A stretch of 32,000 nt of DNA from an uncultured candidate division Zixibacteria bacterium. Its GTDB lineage: Bacteria > Zixibacteria > MSB-5A5 > UBA10806 > 4484-95. Location of the stretch: assembly GCA_963668625.2 (NCBI GenBank), contig CAXXKA010000008.1, forward strand, positions 1,007,747 to 1,039,746, written 5' to 3'. Both the position numbers and the translations under genes were made by a program. Numbering within the stretch: the stretch's first letter is position 1; the number at the start of each line of letters is the position of its first letter. The notes under the pieces are model-generated. The model did no database searches. It was not told where the DNA came from and saw only the letters and a list, made by a program, of their open reading frames with translations. Of the stretch, positions 8,165 to 17,626 are shown piece by piece.

Positions 8165-8794
8165 ATGGGTAAAATACAGGATATTATTGATCCAGATTTT
8201 CCCAAACAAACAGGAGTTGAAAACAGGTATAAGATAATTGACCAGCCGTTTGTCAATGAGGTTGGCCTATTTAAACAAGCCATCAATATTGGTGAATTCG
8301 GATGGTATTTTATACAATTTCCCGAGAAAACGGTCTTTCAAAAATTAATTGTCCAGCCAGGCGAATTGGATATGGATTTATATATAAGCCGCGATAATAA
8401 TTGCCTGCTATATAGCTTCTATAACTCAAGTACCAATAAAATAACAATCACAGGAAAAATTGTCCCAGATACTCGATCAATATACTCAAAAATTAAAGAT
8501 AACATAGATGACCTCGAGTTGCGGCAATACTATTTGAATTCCAGCCTTGCGAAAACAATTGAGGCCGAACAAATGGCAGAATCTGTTCCTGAGTTGATGA
8601 ACATGGAAGAAGCAGCCAGATATCTCGGAATTGAGGAAAAGACATTGTACAACTGGGTTAGTGCTGAAAAAATACCAGTGACTAAAGTTGGCGGCAGGAA
8701 TAAATTCCGTAAGGAATTTCTCGATAACTGGTTGGATCAACAAACCGGCGTAAAGGGGAAAAAGCGACTGGCAAAGCGCCGCAGAAGGAAATAA
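8165..8794 (+). CDS. Hypothetical protein with C-terminal excisionase-type (HTH_17/MerR-like) DNA-binding domain and basic tail
   Basis: MEEAARYLGIEEKTLYNWVSAEKIPVTKVGGRNKFRKEFLDNWL fits the excisionase/AlpA-like wHTH pattern. The tail is KGKKRLAKRRRRK. The N-terminal ~140 aa are unrecognised and the start codon is uncertain. Confidence 0.6.
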   Translation: MGKIQDIIDPDFPKQTGVENRYKIIDQPFVNEVGLFKQAINIGEFGWYFIQFPEKTVFQKLIVQPGELDMDLYISRDNNCLLYSFYNSSTNKITITGKIVPDTRSIYSKIKDNIDDLELRQYYLNSSLAKTIEAEQMAESVPELMNMEEAARYLGIEEKTLYNWVSAEKIPVTKVGGRNKFRKEFLDNWLDQQTGVKGKKRLAKRRRRK

Positions 8795-8933
8795 CATGTG
8801 CCAGATTTGTGCAAAAAGGGGTATGAAAACGGGTGAAATTCAAGGAAAACCAAGGAAACAATAAAAGTCCATAAATAGCCGTAAGATGTTATCCTGCAGT
8901 GTAATACGTTGGTTTTTAAGGGAAATAAAAAAG

Positions 8934-9008
8934 CGGGGTTGACGAGACTCGAACTCGCGACCTCCTGCGTGACAGGCAGGCGTTCTAACCAAACTGAACT
9001 ACAACCCC
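8934..9008 (-). tRNA. tRNA-Asp (anticodon GTC)
   Basis: The reverse complement folds as a cloverleaf: GGGGTTG TA GTTC AGTTTGGTTA GAAC G CCTGC CTGTCAC GCAGG AGGTC GCGAG TTCGAGT CTCGT CAACCCC G. It is 75 nt and closely resembles bacterial tRNA-Asp. Confidence 0.95.
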
Positions 9009-9042
9009 GTAGAGTAATCTATTTTAAAGAACAAGCCCTGGA

Positions 9043-9297
9043 TTAATTATCGGAATTAGGTTCGGGTTCTACAACCCCGGTGGCTTCATCCGTACTTTTG
9101 ACTTTCTTGCCGTATAGTATGGCCAGAGGCAATACTGCGCAATAACCCAGAACGAGCAAAATCGGAGCGCCGGTGATATCACCGACACTTAGAAGGATGT
9201 AACCAATTACGATCAATCCCAAACCAACCGCCAACAGGATATAGTTGATTTTGGTAAATCCAAGAGATTCTTCTGATTTCTTCGATTTCCGTGCCAT
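9043..9297 (-). CDS. Small two-TM membrane protein (possibly DUF3098-like)
   Basis: MARKSKKSEESLGFTKINYILLAVGLGLIVIGYILLSVGDITGAPILLVLGYCAVLPLAILYG has two hydrophobic helices. The ATG at 9297 is preferred over the longer ORF reaching 9372. Confidence 0.55.
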   Translation of the reverse strand: MARKSKKSEESLGFTKINYILLAVGLGLIVIGYILLSVGDITGAPILLVLGYCAVLPLAILYGKKVKSTDEATGVVEPEPNSDN

Positions 9298-9414
9298 TAA
9301 ACCAACCCGGTTAACTCGTTTGAACCCTAATTTTGCAACAATCGAAGTTAAATAATTATTGATAAAAGTCAAGCAATATTTCTAACATATTATGAAACTT
9401 ATAATTCCGGCGTT

Positions 9415-10758
9415 CTATTCGGGTTTCCCTCGCGCGGAAATCAGCCTTAATATCAAGTCCAGATCTTCCCGCCCTAAGCCCTTTGACAGGATCAACACTA
9501 ATAGAAATGACAACGCTCCACAGACTATTCTCAGCAATACCTGCAAGTTTTCTGATAGAACGAGCACTAAAGTCATTGCCACAAGCGCTGGAATCAGTTT
9601 TAACAACCAGCGTAATACCTTACTGATACTCAGGTTATGACCAATCATCACGAAAAAGCCAACGCCTGTTAGAGCCTCCGAAATAAGGGTGGCTATAGCA
9701 GCCCCCTGAAAACTATACCGGGGTATAAAAATGAAATTAAGCCCGATATTAAGTACTGCCCCGACCGCAGTTATATACATCAGGGAGCGTTTCCAGTTAC
9801 TGGCGATCATATATGAACTCTGTATAGAATTAATGAACATCAGCACCAGAGCCCAGATAAGTATTTTCAGCGAGATAACACCCGGCAAATACGATTCCGG
9901 GTATACCATCTCATATAGCGAACCGGCGATAAAGACCGTACCGAGAGCCACGGCCAGGCCCAAATACATCAGATATTTGAAACCGATACGGTATATGTTG
10001 TTCATGCTGGTTTTATCAGCATTGAAATATCCCGAAAGCCTGGGCAATATCGCAGCTGAAAACGAAGTCGATACCATCAACATGCCGTTAATAAGCGCGT
10101 AAGCCGAGTTATAATAACCAACTGCCTGATCGCCTTTCATTAATGACAACATGACAAAGTCGGCGCGATAATAGATTGTCATCAAAACGGCCGTAACAGC
10201 CAGCGGCAAAGCCGATTTGACGAAAGCAACCGGCTCGGTCAAACCGACTTGGAAAGATAAACGGCATACCCTCACGTTAACTACTATCGCGATGGTCAGT
10301 GTAGCTATCGTGGCGCTAACGAGATGAGCAACACCTATGCCAAGCAAACCATAGCCTAATATCAGCGCCGTAAACCCCAGCAGTGTCAGCATGAGCTGGG
10401 TGAGCATGGCCAGCATACCGTAGAGGCGGAAACGCTCATAGCCCAATAAAGTCGCAGAGAAACCGCCCATCATGAAATTTACCCCCATAGCCATAGCAGC
10501 GAATCGCATGAACTGTTTTACGGTATCCGGTTTATTTATATAGTATGATAATGCGAATGCGATACCAACAACGATCACTATGGTAAACAGCCGGGCTATA
10601 ATCGAGCTGCCGATTAGCCTGCCGACCTCGGTTTTATCTTTTATGAATGCAATTTGCCGGGATTGATATGTATTTAGGCCCTTATCGGAAATTACCGCCA
10701 GAAGAACCAACAGCGAGAGAACGAAACCATACTGACCGAACACCTCCACCCCGAGCAC
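9415..10758 (-). CDS. Wzx-like (MOP superfamily) polysaccharide flippase; N-terminal ~37 codons lie in another frame across an A9 run (reconstructed gene 9415..10868)
   Basis: Multi-TM protein with the flippase-like ...ARVLGVEVFGQYGFVLSL... motif. The upstream frame from GTG 10868 encodes NDVGGKSSLARNSIILLSSQIVIKLLGFF, a typical flippase N-terminus. That frame is lost at the homopolymer 10777-10785. Confidence 0.8.
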   Translation of the reverse strand: MLGVEVFGQYGFVLSLLVLLAVISDKGLNTYQSRQIAFIKDKTEVGRLIGSSIIARLFTIVIVVGIAFALSYYINKPDTVKQFMRFAAMAMGVNFMMGGFSATLLGYERFRLYGMLAMLTQLMLTLLGFTALILGYGLLGIGVAHLVSATIATLTIAIVVNVRVCRLSFQVGLTEPVAFVKSALPLAVTAVLMTIYYRADFVMLSLMKGDQAVGYYNSAYALINGMLMVSTSFSAAILPRLSGYFNADKTSMNNIYRIGFKYLMYLGLAVALGTVFIAGSLYEMVYPESYLPGVISLKILIWALVLMFINSIQSSYMIASNWKRSLMYITAVGAVLNIGLNFIFIPRYSFQGAAIATLISEALTGVGFFVMIGHNLSISKVLRWLLKLIPALVAMTLVLVLSENLQVLLRIVCGALSFLLVLILSKGLGREDLDLILRLISARGKPE

Positions 10759-10860
10759 ACGAGCGGCATAGATGGTAAAAAAAAACCTAGAAGTTTTATA
10801 ACTATCTGAGAGGAAAGCAGGATTATGGAATTTCTCGCCAGGCTGGATTTCCCGCCGACA

Positions 10861-11439
10861 TCATTCACCGAAAAGCTCCGTTTCGATTATATCGATTAAG
10901 ATATGGCCAACTGCAATATGAGATTCCTGTATATATTGCACCACCTCTGTGGGTATGACCAAGCATTTGTCGGCTAACTCTACCAGCTTGCCGCCATCCC
11001 CACCGGTGAATCCTATCGTGTTGATATCAAGCTCTTTTGCTTTCTCCACGGCCTTTATCACATTAGATGAGTTGCCGGAGGTCGAGATAGCAATCAAGAT
11101 ATCTCCGGGCTTGCCTAATGCCTCCACCTGACGGCTGAAAATATGATCGAAACCGTAATCGTTCGAGCAGGCTGTCAGTATCGAGGTGTCGGTGGTCAGG
11201 GCGGTTGCAGCTAATGCTCTACGCTCCCTTTTCGAGGAGAGTCTTACAACCAGCTCTGTTGCCAGATGCTGGCTATCAGCCGCCGACCCCCCATTGCCGC
11301 AAAGCATGATCTTGCCGCCACCAGAGAGCGATTGGGCGCATAGCTTACCGATTTCGAGTATCAACCCGGCCTGATCCGCAGCGATCATCTCTTTAACTTT
11401 CGCTGATTGAAACAATTGCCTTTGTATTTTATTGATCAT
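10861..11439 (-). CDS. gmhA: D-sedoheptulose-7-phosphate isomerase (SIS domain)
   Basis: MINKIQRQLF...MLCGNGGSAADSQHLATELV...ISTSGNS match GmhA hallmarks. The ATG at 11439 sits 4 nt after the stop of the upstream gene. The longer ORF to 11574 would overlap that gene. Confidence 0.85.
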   Translation of the reverse strand: MINKIQRQLFQSAKVKEMIAADQAGLILEIGKLCAQSLSGGGKIMLCGNGGSAADSQHLATELVVRLSSKRERRALAATALTTDTSILTACSNDYGFDHIFSRQVEALGKPGDILIAISTSGNSSNVIKAVEKAKELDINTIGFTGGDGGKLVELADKCLVIPTEVVQYIQESHIAVGHILIDIIETELFGE

Positions 11440-11443
11440 ATTC

Positions 11444-12181
11444 CTATTTCCAATGCAAAGCCTCCGTGAACCTTTTCGCCAGCGAGGGATCGCGTTCCAA
11501 TGCGTTACCAACGACAACCATCGAGGCGCCCGCTTCAGCCAATTTGCCGGCATACTCGGGATCGGTGATACCACCGCCGACCATCACCGGTATATCGACA
11601 TATTCACCTACTGCAGTAACCATATCCTCGGGCACCGGATACAACGCCCCTGAGCCTGCCTCCAGATAGATAAGTTTCATCCCCAGGTATTGCCCGGCCA
11701 GGGCATGAGCGCAGGCGATCTCAGGCTTATCACGAGGGATCGGTAAGGTATTCGAGAGATACGACACCGAGGTTAACACGCCTGATTCGATCAACATATA
11801 GCCTGTCGGGATAGTTTCCAGGTTCAGAGCTTTAATCATCGGAGCCGATTTAACGTGCTCCTCTATAAGAAGATTCGGATTTCGTCCTGAAATAAGCGAG
11901 AGATACAGGATAGCATCGGCATTAGCGCAAACATTGGAGGATGAGGCCGGGAATAATATCACCGGTTTATCCGTAGCTTTTTTCACCTCGGATAAGGTGT
12001 GCTCGAATTTGTTTGCCATCATAAGGGATGAGCCGAACAGGAAAGCATCCGCGCCGGCGTTCTCGTAATCGGAAACCAGAGATATTAAATCATCGCCCGA
12101 TTTACGGTCGGGATCAAGAAGTACAAGAAAGCAACAACCATGACGCTCTCTTGCTTTCAATAAACTATCATAAACTGTCAT
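11444..12181 (-). CDS. Geranylgeranylglyceryl/heptaprenylglyceryl phosphate synthase family (PcrB/GGGPS) prenyltransferase
   Basis: TIM-barrel family pattern: ...FLVLLDPD..., ...YLEAGSGA...VGGGI...VVVGNA.... The start ATG overlaps the alaS stop (ATGA at 12178-12181). Confidence 0.8.
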   Translation of the reverse strand: MTVYDSLLKARERHGCCFLVLLDPDRKSGDDLISLVSDYENAGADAFLFGSSLMMANKFEHTLSEVKKATDKPVILFPASSSNVCANADAILYLSLISGRNPNLLIEEHVKSAPMIKALNLETIPTGYMLIESGVLTSVSYLSNTLPIPRDKPEIACAHALAGQYLGMKLIYLEAGSGALYPVPEDMVTAVGEYVDIPVMVGGGITDPEYAGKLAEAGASMVVVGNALERDPSLAKRFTEALHWK

Positions 12182-14820
12182 TTTGAAAAGAACTTCGTTA
12201 GGCCCTCAATGGCATTATCGATTTTCTCGGCCGGCATAGCTCCGCGAATAGTCGGCTTACCGCCACCACGAGCTCCGGCAGCTTCGGTCATGACATCCCG
12301 GACTTTATTGATAAAACCCAGAGATGGTCCGGCGATAGCGAATTTACCATCCCCGGCGGAGATTACCAGTACCGCTTTATCATTATATTTTACTTTAAAA
12401 GTATCGATAAACGCCATCATTTCTTTAGGATTAGACATCTTAAGCTTAAATACCAGCAGTTCGCCATCACTTGAGCTAAACTCATGGTCGGGCGTTGTAT
12501 CCGAGGCTTTCTGAGATATCTCTTTCTCGGCTGATTTCTGTTTATCCTTCTCGAGTTTCTTCAACGCATCCAGATAATCGGCCAGCTTGGTATCCAGACC
12601 ATCTTTGCGTAAGATACGCGGATGAATCTGCGACTGTATCTCGCGTATGCTATCAACAACCTCTTTGGAGGCTTTAGCGGGCTCAGTTTTAAGCTTCTCT
12701 GAAAGCTCCGATATCAGCTTATCTTGTATTTGGAAAAACTCTTCAGATTTACTGCCTGTTATGGCCTCGATACGTCTGGTGCCGGCGGCTATGGCGCTTT
12801 CGGTCGTTATAAAGAACTTGCCGATATCCGCCGTGTTGCTGACATGCGTGCCACCGCAAAGCTCCATCGAGAAATCACCGGATTTAACCACGCGCACGGT
12901 ATCACCGTATTTCTCGCCGAATAGCGCCATTGCGCCAAGCTTCTTGGCCTCATCGAATGGGTATTCTTTCCAGCTAACCGGCAAATTCTCGGCGATTTTC
13001 TCGTTAACGATTTTCTCGACCTGCTCTATCTCCTCGTCGGTCATCCCCTGGAAATGCGAGAAATCGAAACGCAAGCGATTGGGATCGACAAGCGAGCCCT
13101 GCTGATAAACATGATCGCCTAAGGTCAGGCGCAGCGCTTTGTGCAGTAGATGTGTAGCCGTATGGTTGCGTTTGATATCGGCACGGCGGGCGTGATCGAT
13201 CTCGGCGGTGACTTCGCCCTCGTAATTTTCCGGCACATCACCTTCGATTTTTTCCGCTATATGCAGGTGCTCATCACTAAGCTTAACCGTATCGATAACT
13301 TTCAGCTTGAATTTATCAGAGGAGATAATGCCCGTGTCGCCGACCTGCCCGCCAGATTCGGCGTAGAAAGGAGTATGTTTAAGTAGCAAATGATATTCTA
13401 TATGGTTATTCGGGTTGGCGATAATAGCAGGGCTTTCATATGATTCGTTATCATAACCTACGAATTTGGAAGTATCTTTATCGTATTTCCACTTGGGATT
13501 CAATATGACCCCCACAGCATGGAACTTGCCCGACTCTTTACTGCGCTCGCGCTGTTTCTCAAGTTCGCTATTAAACGCGGTCCAGTCGATCTCCAGCCCC
13601 TTCTCATGCGCCATGATCTCGGTTAAATCAGCCGGGAAACCGTAGGTGTCGTAAAGCTTGAAAACCTCCTCACCGGGGATAACTTTGCTGCCTCGCGAGC
13701 CTGTTCTGGAAACTATATCCTCGAAACGAGCGATGCCGGTTTCGAGCGTACGCCCGAACTGCTCCTCCTCGGTTTTGATAACCAGCTCAATCTTGCCGCG
13801 CTGGGCCGAGATCTCGGGGTAAACATCCCCCATATAATCAACCAGCGGCTGCACTATCTTATATAAAAACGGTTCGTTTAAGCCAATTTGATGTCCGTAC
13901 CTGGAGCCACGCCTCAGTATCCTGCGAAGTACATAGCCACGCCCCTCATTGGAGATATTGGCGTTATCGGCTAAGGCGAATGTCAGCGCCCGGACATGGT
14001 CGGCTATCACGCGATGAGGCACGCCCGCCGGCCCCGGATCGTAGCCTTTACCGGAAAGCTCGGCCACCTTGCCGATTAGCGGCTCGAATAAATCGGTGGA
14101 GTAGTTGGAATCGACATTCTGCATCACCATGCAGAAACGCTCCAGCCCCGCGCCGGTATCGACAGAGGGTTTGGGCAACGGCGTCATCTTGCCGGTATCA
14201 TCCCGGTCGTACTGCATGAACACCAGATTCCAGATCTCCATGAACCTGTCACCCTCGCCGTTTAGCTCGCCCTCTACACCCTCGCCTCGATCGTAATGTA
14301 CCTCGGAACAGGGGCCGCATGGGCCGGTGTCGCCCATCGACCAGAAATTATCCTTCTCGCCGAATCGCACAACCCGGTCGCCAAGCTCAGGGGCGATTTT
14401 GCGCCATAGCGCATCGGCATCGTCATCATCTTTGTACACGGTGGCATACAGACGTTTGGGGTCGAGGCCGAGATGTTTGGTGACAAACTCCCAGGCGAAA
14501 TGTATCGCCTCCTCTTTGAAATAGTCACCGAAAGAGAAATTACCCAGCATCTCAAAAAATGTTTGATGGCGGGCGGTGAAACCTACGTTATCGAGGTCGT
14601 TATGCTTACCCCCGGCGCGGATACATTTCTGCGAGGAGGTGGCACGGTTGTAGTCACGTTTTTCGATGCCCAGGAACGTGTTTTTGAACTGCACCATCCC
14701 GGCGTTGGTAAACAATAGAGTTGGATCATCCAACGGCACCACCGGCGAGGATTTCACGCGGTGATGGTCATACTTCTCGAAATATTCGAGGAACGATTTT
14801 CTTATCTGATGTGATTTCAT
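12178..14820 (-). CDS. alaS: Alanine--tRNA ligase
   Basis: 880 aa. It has the class II AlaRS N-terminus (FLEYFEKYDHHRVKSSPVVP..DPTLLFTNAGMVQFK), an editing domain with HTATHLLHKAL and CGGTHV, and a C-terminal DHHA1-like region. Confidence 0.97.
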   Translation of the reverse strand: MKSHQIRKSFLEYFEKYDHHRVKSSPVVPLDDPTLLFTNAGMVQFKNTFLGIEKRDYNRATSSQKCIRAGGKHNDLDNVGFTARHQTFFEMLGNFSFGDYFKEEAIHFAWEFVTKHLGLDPKRLYATVYKDDDDADALWRKIAPELGDRVVRFGEKDNFWSMGDTGPCGPCSEVHYDRGEGVEGELNGEGDRFMEIWNLVFMQYDRDDTGKMTPLPKPSVDTGAGLERFCMVMQNVDSNYSTDLFEPLIGKVAELSGKGYDPGPAGVPHRVIADHVRALTFALADNANISNEGRGYVLRRILRRGSRYGHQIGLNEPFLYKIVQPLVDYMGDVYPEISAQRGKIELVIKTEEEQFGRTLETGIARFEDIVSRTGSRGSKVIPGEEVFKLYDTYGFPADLTEIMAHEKGLEIDWTAFNSELEKQRERSKESGKFHAVGVILNPKWKYDKDTSKFVGYDNESYESPAIIANPNNHIEYHLLLKHTPFYAESGGQVGDTGIISSDKFKLKVIDTVKLSDEHLHIAEKIEGDVPENYEGEVTAEIDHARRADIKRNHTATHLLHKALRLTLGDHVYQQGSLVDPNRLRFDFSHFQGMTDEEIEQVEKIVNEKIAENLPVSWKEYPFDEAKKLGAMALFGEKYGDTVRVVKSGDFSMELCGGTHVSNTADIGKFFITTESAIAAGTRRIEAITGSKSEEFFQIQDKLISELSEKLKTEPAKASKEVVDSIREIQSQIHPRILRKDGLDTKLADYLDALKKLEKDKQKSAEKEISQKASDTTPDHEFSSSDGELLVFKLKMSNPKEMMAFIDTFKVKYNDKAVLVISAGDGKFAIAGPSLGFINKVRDVMTEAAGARGGGKPTIRGAMPAEKIDNAIEGLTKFFSK

Positions 14821-14896
14821 AGTCTTTGTAGATAAGAAAAATCGGTTTAAAAATCAAGTTATAAACATATTATAGATAAATTCCAACACTGTCTAT

Positions 14897-16042
14897 TTAT
14901 CTCTCCAAATCCGTGGATACCAGCTTGTATGATTCGGGTAACCATCTAACTACATGCTTATGATTTGATGCATTTTCGGCGAACACGGGGGCATTGCCTC
15001 TTTCAACAACCTCTACTTCCACGTTTTTATCAAACTTCACCAGTATCAAAGATTCTAGATGGATTTCGGATTTTATCATCTGTTCGGAGTTATCGATATT
15101 ATCAACAACCACAATAAGTGTATCGTTTTCCAATAATGAATTAGAAAGCAAATCAAGGCTGGCGACTATATGATCGGACATGCGCTGTTTTTCCCGGAAA
15201 AGATCGGATAATATCCCGATCGCGGTAAAATTGCCTGCAATATAAAATATTGTAAAAGCCAATAAAGTTTTTCTAATTCCCCAAAACTTAAATCGGCTGT
15301 TATAGAGGTTGTTTAAAAAGTAGGCAACAATCAATAACACACCGGGCACAGCTGAATACATATAGCGTGAGATTGGCCTGCCGGGGAAAATATCGAACAG
15401 GTTCAGATCCATCTTAAAAACTGACACTGTCGATAGAAACATTATTGACCATGCTCCGAAAAACAGCAAGCTCTTATTCCTACTTTTTATTAGTAGGATA
15501 AAAAATATCGGTACAACTATAGAAACAATCACTTTTATAGATTTTAATACCCACAGATAACTTTCCGGGAACATAACCGCCGCCCTTTGGGATATTGGAA
15601 CAGCGATATATCCTAGATAATACCAGATGTTCACGAAAACTTTCATATTAACTTCAATATCCTGATCAACGAAAGTTTGTGTTTTAAAATAAAAAAACAG
15701 ATAAAGTGAATATAACAGTATCATGATGATAGAATAGGGTATTAATTTTAATCGAAATGAATTCTTGGAATACAAAATTACAATAGTAAAAAACAAACCA
15801 ATCGTTACGAATCCTGATTCTTTAAATAAGACTGCACTGAGTCCCAAAAACAGGAGATATAAAAAGCTAATCGGACCGGGATTATCTATAAAATCAAATG
15901 TCTTTATAGCAAACAATAACGACAAAGCAGTGACCCAAAGATCACCGGAGCTGGATATCCAAAGCAGAATGGGGGAATTCAAATAGTAGAAAGAAAACAG
16001 AAAAACAGCAGTTATTCCTACTGATTTTTTAATATTTAGTTT
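14897..16042 (-). pseudogene. C-terminal part of a GT-C fold (ArnT/PMT-like) membrane glycosyltransferase, separated from its N-terminus by an IS4-family insertion
   Basis: Polytopic membrane protein. Its frame continues exactly from the N-terminal fragment once the IS and one TSD copy are removed (...WKLTDKLN|IKKSVGITAVF...). Confidence 0.75.
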
Positions 16043-17308
16043 CACTAGTGTCCGGGCTTTGAGGCTGGCTTGACAGACCTCCTATAATAAGGGTGTAAAC
16101 GCTAATTATAACACCTTTGTTTACAGGAGGTTAAAAATGCAAGGGAAGGTTACAATACTTCGCCAGATAACGCAAATGATTTCTCGATACGATTTCCAAA
16201 AAGCAGTTTCGACTGGCAAAGGGCGGCATTTCACGGTTTCTTTCGGCTACTGGTCGCACCTGGTGGCGATGATATTCGGGCAATTATCGGAGCAGCAATC
16301 GCTGCGTGATCTGGTCTTGAATCTTTCCCGTCAGGCGCATAGGTTTTACCATCTGGGTATGTCAAAGATACGCCGTTCGACTTTTTCGGATGCCAACAAT
16401 CATCGGCCCTCGGCAATATACGAGAACTTGTTTTACATATTATTGAATCGTTACGGTTGTCATTTTCAAGGCAAAAACCGGAAGCTGGGGAATAAATTAT
16501 ACTCAGTTGATTCGACGGTCATAGATTTGTGTCTGGGGTTATTTTATTGGGCTAAATTCAGAACGACCAAGGCCGGTGTCAAGCTTCATGTCAGGTTAAA
16601 CCATGATGGTTACATCCCTGATTTTGCGGTTGTCACCAATGCCAATATTCATGATTCCAGAGTCAGGAAGATGTTCAATTTACCGGCTGGCAGTATCGTG
16701 ACTTTCGACAAAGGCTACAATGACTACAGTCTTTTCAAGTTATTAAATGATAAGGGGATAATCTTTGTCACGCGGCAGAAGAATAACGCTAAATACAAAG
16801 TAATCAAACGGTGTAGAACTAATCGTAAGCAAGGAGTCACCTCCGATCATTGGATTGAATTTACCGGTTTTTACTCCAAGCAAAAATGTTCGATTAGGCT
16901 GAGACGAATCCGTTATATCGATAAAGAAACCGGTAAAGTTTATGTATTCCTGACCAATGATTTCAAACATGCCGCCTCGACTATTGCCGACATTTATAAG
17001 CAGCGCTGGCAGATAGAATTGTTTTTTAAAGCGTTAAAACAGAACCTTGTGATCAAGACTTTCTGGGGTACCTCCAAGAACGCAGTATATTCCCAGATCT
17101 GGGTGGCTTTGATAATCTATTTGTTAATGAGCGCGCTGAAATACAAATACAAAATATCGGCCTCAGTTGGAAAGTTAATTCAGAGAATCCGGTCATTCGT
17201 GTTTGAAAAAGATGATGTCCTGAGATTCCTTAAAGACCAAATACCAATCCCAATACAAATCGCTCAAACATCTCAAATTAACCTGTCCCTAAAGGCCGGA
17301 CACTAGTG
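16043..17308 (+). mobile_element. IS4-family insertion sequence (1266 bp) with 22-bp terminal inverted repeats and a 9-bp target site duplication
   Basis: Left end CACTAGTGTCCGGGCTTTGAGG, right end (reverse complement) CACTAGTGTCCGGCCTTTAGGG, 19/22 identical. The direct repeat ATTTAGTTT lies at 16034-16042 and 17309-17317. Confidence 0.92.
16137..17306 (+). CDS. IS4-family DDE transposase
   Basis: 389 aa with a DDE_Tnp_1-like core (VDSTVIDL..., FDKGYNDY...) and the IS4 Y-x2-R-x3-E-x6-K signature (YKQRWQIELFFKALKQ). The ORF ends inside the right IR. Confidence 0.9.
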   Translation: MQGKVTILRQITQMISRYDFQKAVSTGKGRHFTVSFGYWSHLVAMIFGQLSEQQSLRDLVLNLSRQAHRFYHLGMSKIRRSTFSDANNHRPSAIYENLFYILLNRYGCHFQGKNRKLGNKLYSVDSTVIDLCLGLFYWAKFRTTKAGVKLHVRLNHDGYIPDFAVVTNANIHDSRVRKMFNLPAGSIVTFDKGYNDYSLFKLLNDKGIIFVTRQKNNAKYKVIKRCRTNRKQGVTSDHWIEFTGFYSKQKCSIRLRRIRYIDKETGKVYVFLTNDFKHAASTIADIYKQRWQIELFFKALKQNLVIKTFWGTSKNAVYSQIWVALIIYLLMSALKYKYKISASVGKLIQRIRSFVFEKDDVLRFLKDQIPIPIQIAQTSQINLSLKAGH

Positions 17309-17626
17309 ATTTAGTTTATCTGTCAATTTCCAGAAGAGATAAACATTAGCTGCATGCAATAAAATACTCATGAAACTATGAAAGTAAGCGTTAACGCCGA
17401 ATATAAAATACCATAGGAAATTAGCCCACAAACTCAAAGGCCTGAAATAACCGTAAATAATGCTTCTTTGAAAGAATATCTCCGGATTACTTAATGCTAT
17501 CTTGGAATAAGATAAACACAACCAATCATCTCCTATAAATTGACGGCTTAAAAACGGCAGATAAAATACGATAGCTAGTGAAACGATAAAATAAACAGCA
17601 TGCTTTTCTACACTTAGTGTTTTCAT
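17309..17626 (-). pseudogene. N-terminal part of the IS-disrupted GT-C glycosyltransferase
   Basis: MKTLSVEKHAVYFIVSLAIVFYLPF...IGDDW...YFRPLSLWANFLWYFIFGVNAYFHSFMSILLHAANVYLFWKL is typical of the first TM helices and loop of ArnT/PMT_2-type enzymes. The annotated stop (17303-17305) lies inside the IS inverted repeat. Confidence 0.75.

Noticed and set aside
9392-10102. + strand ORFs of 82 and 123 aa overlapping the flippase gene
   Set aside because: They are antisense to a well-supported multi-TM flippase ORF and are probably spurious.
11440-11574. 45-codon N-terminal extension of gmhA in the ORF track (start at 11574)
   Set aside because: It would overlap the 3' end of the GGGPS-family gene by 131 nt and adds a Trp/Arg/Pro-rich non-GmhA sequence. 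The ATG at 11439 gives the canonical GmhA N-terminus 4 nt after the upstream stop.
12209-14718. Multiple 60-152-aa ORFs on the + strand (and one in an alternative - frame) inside the alaS region
   Set aside because: They lie antisense to or out of frame with an unmistakable 880-aa alanyl-tRNA synthetase. Their sequences are low-complexity (Ala/Ser/Pro/Arg-rich), as expected from alternative-frame translation of a GC-richer gene.
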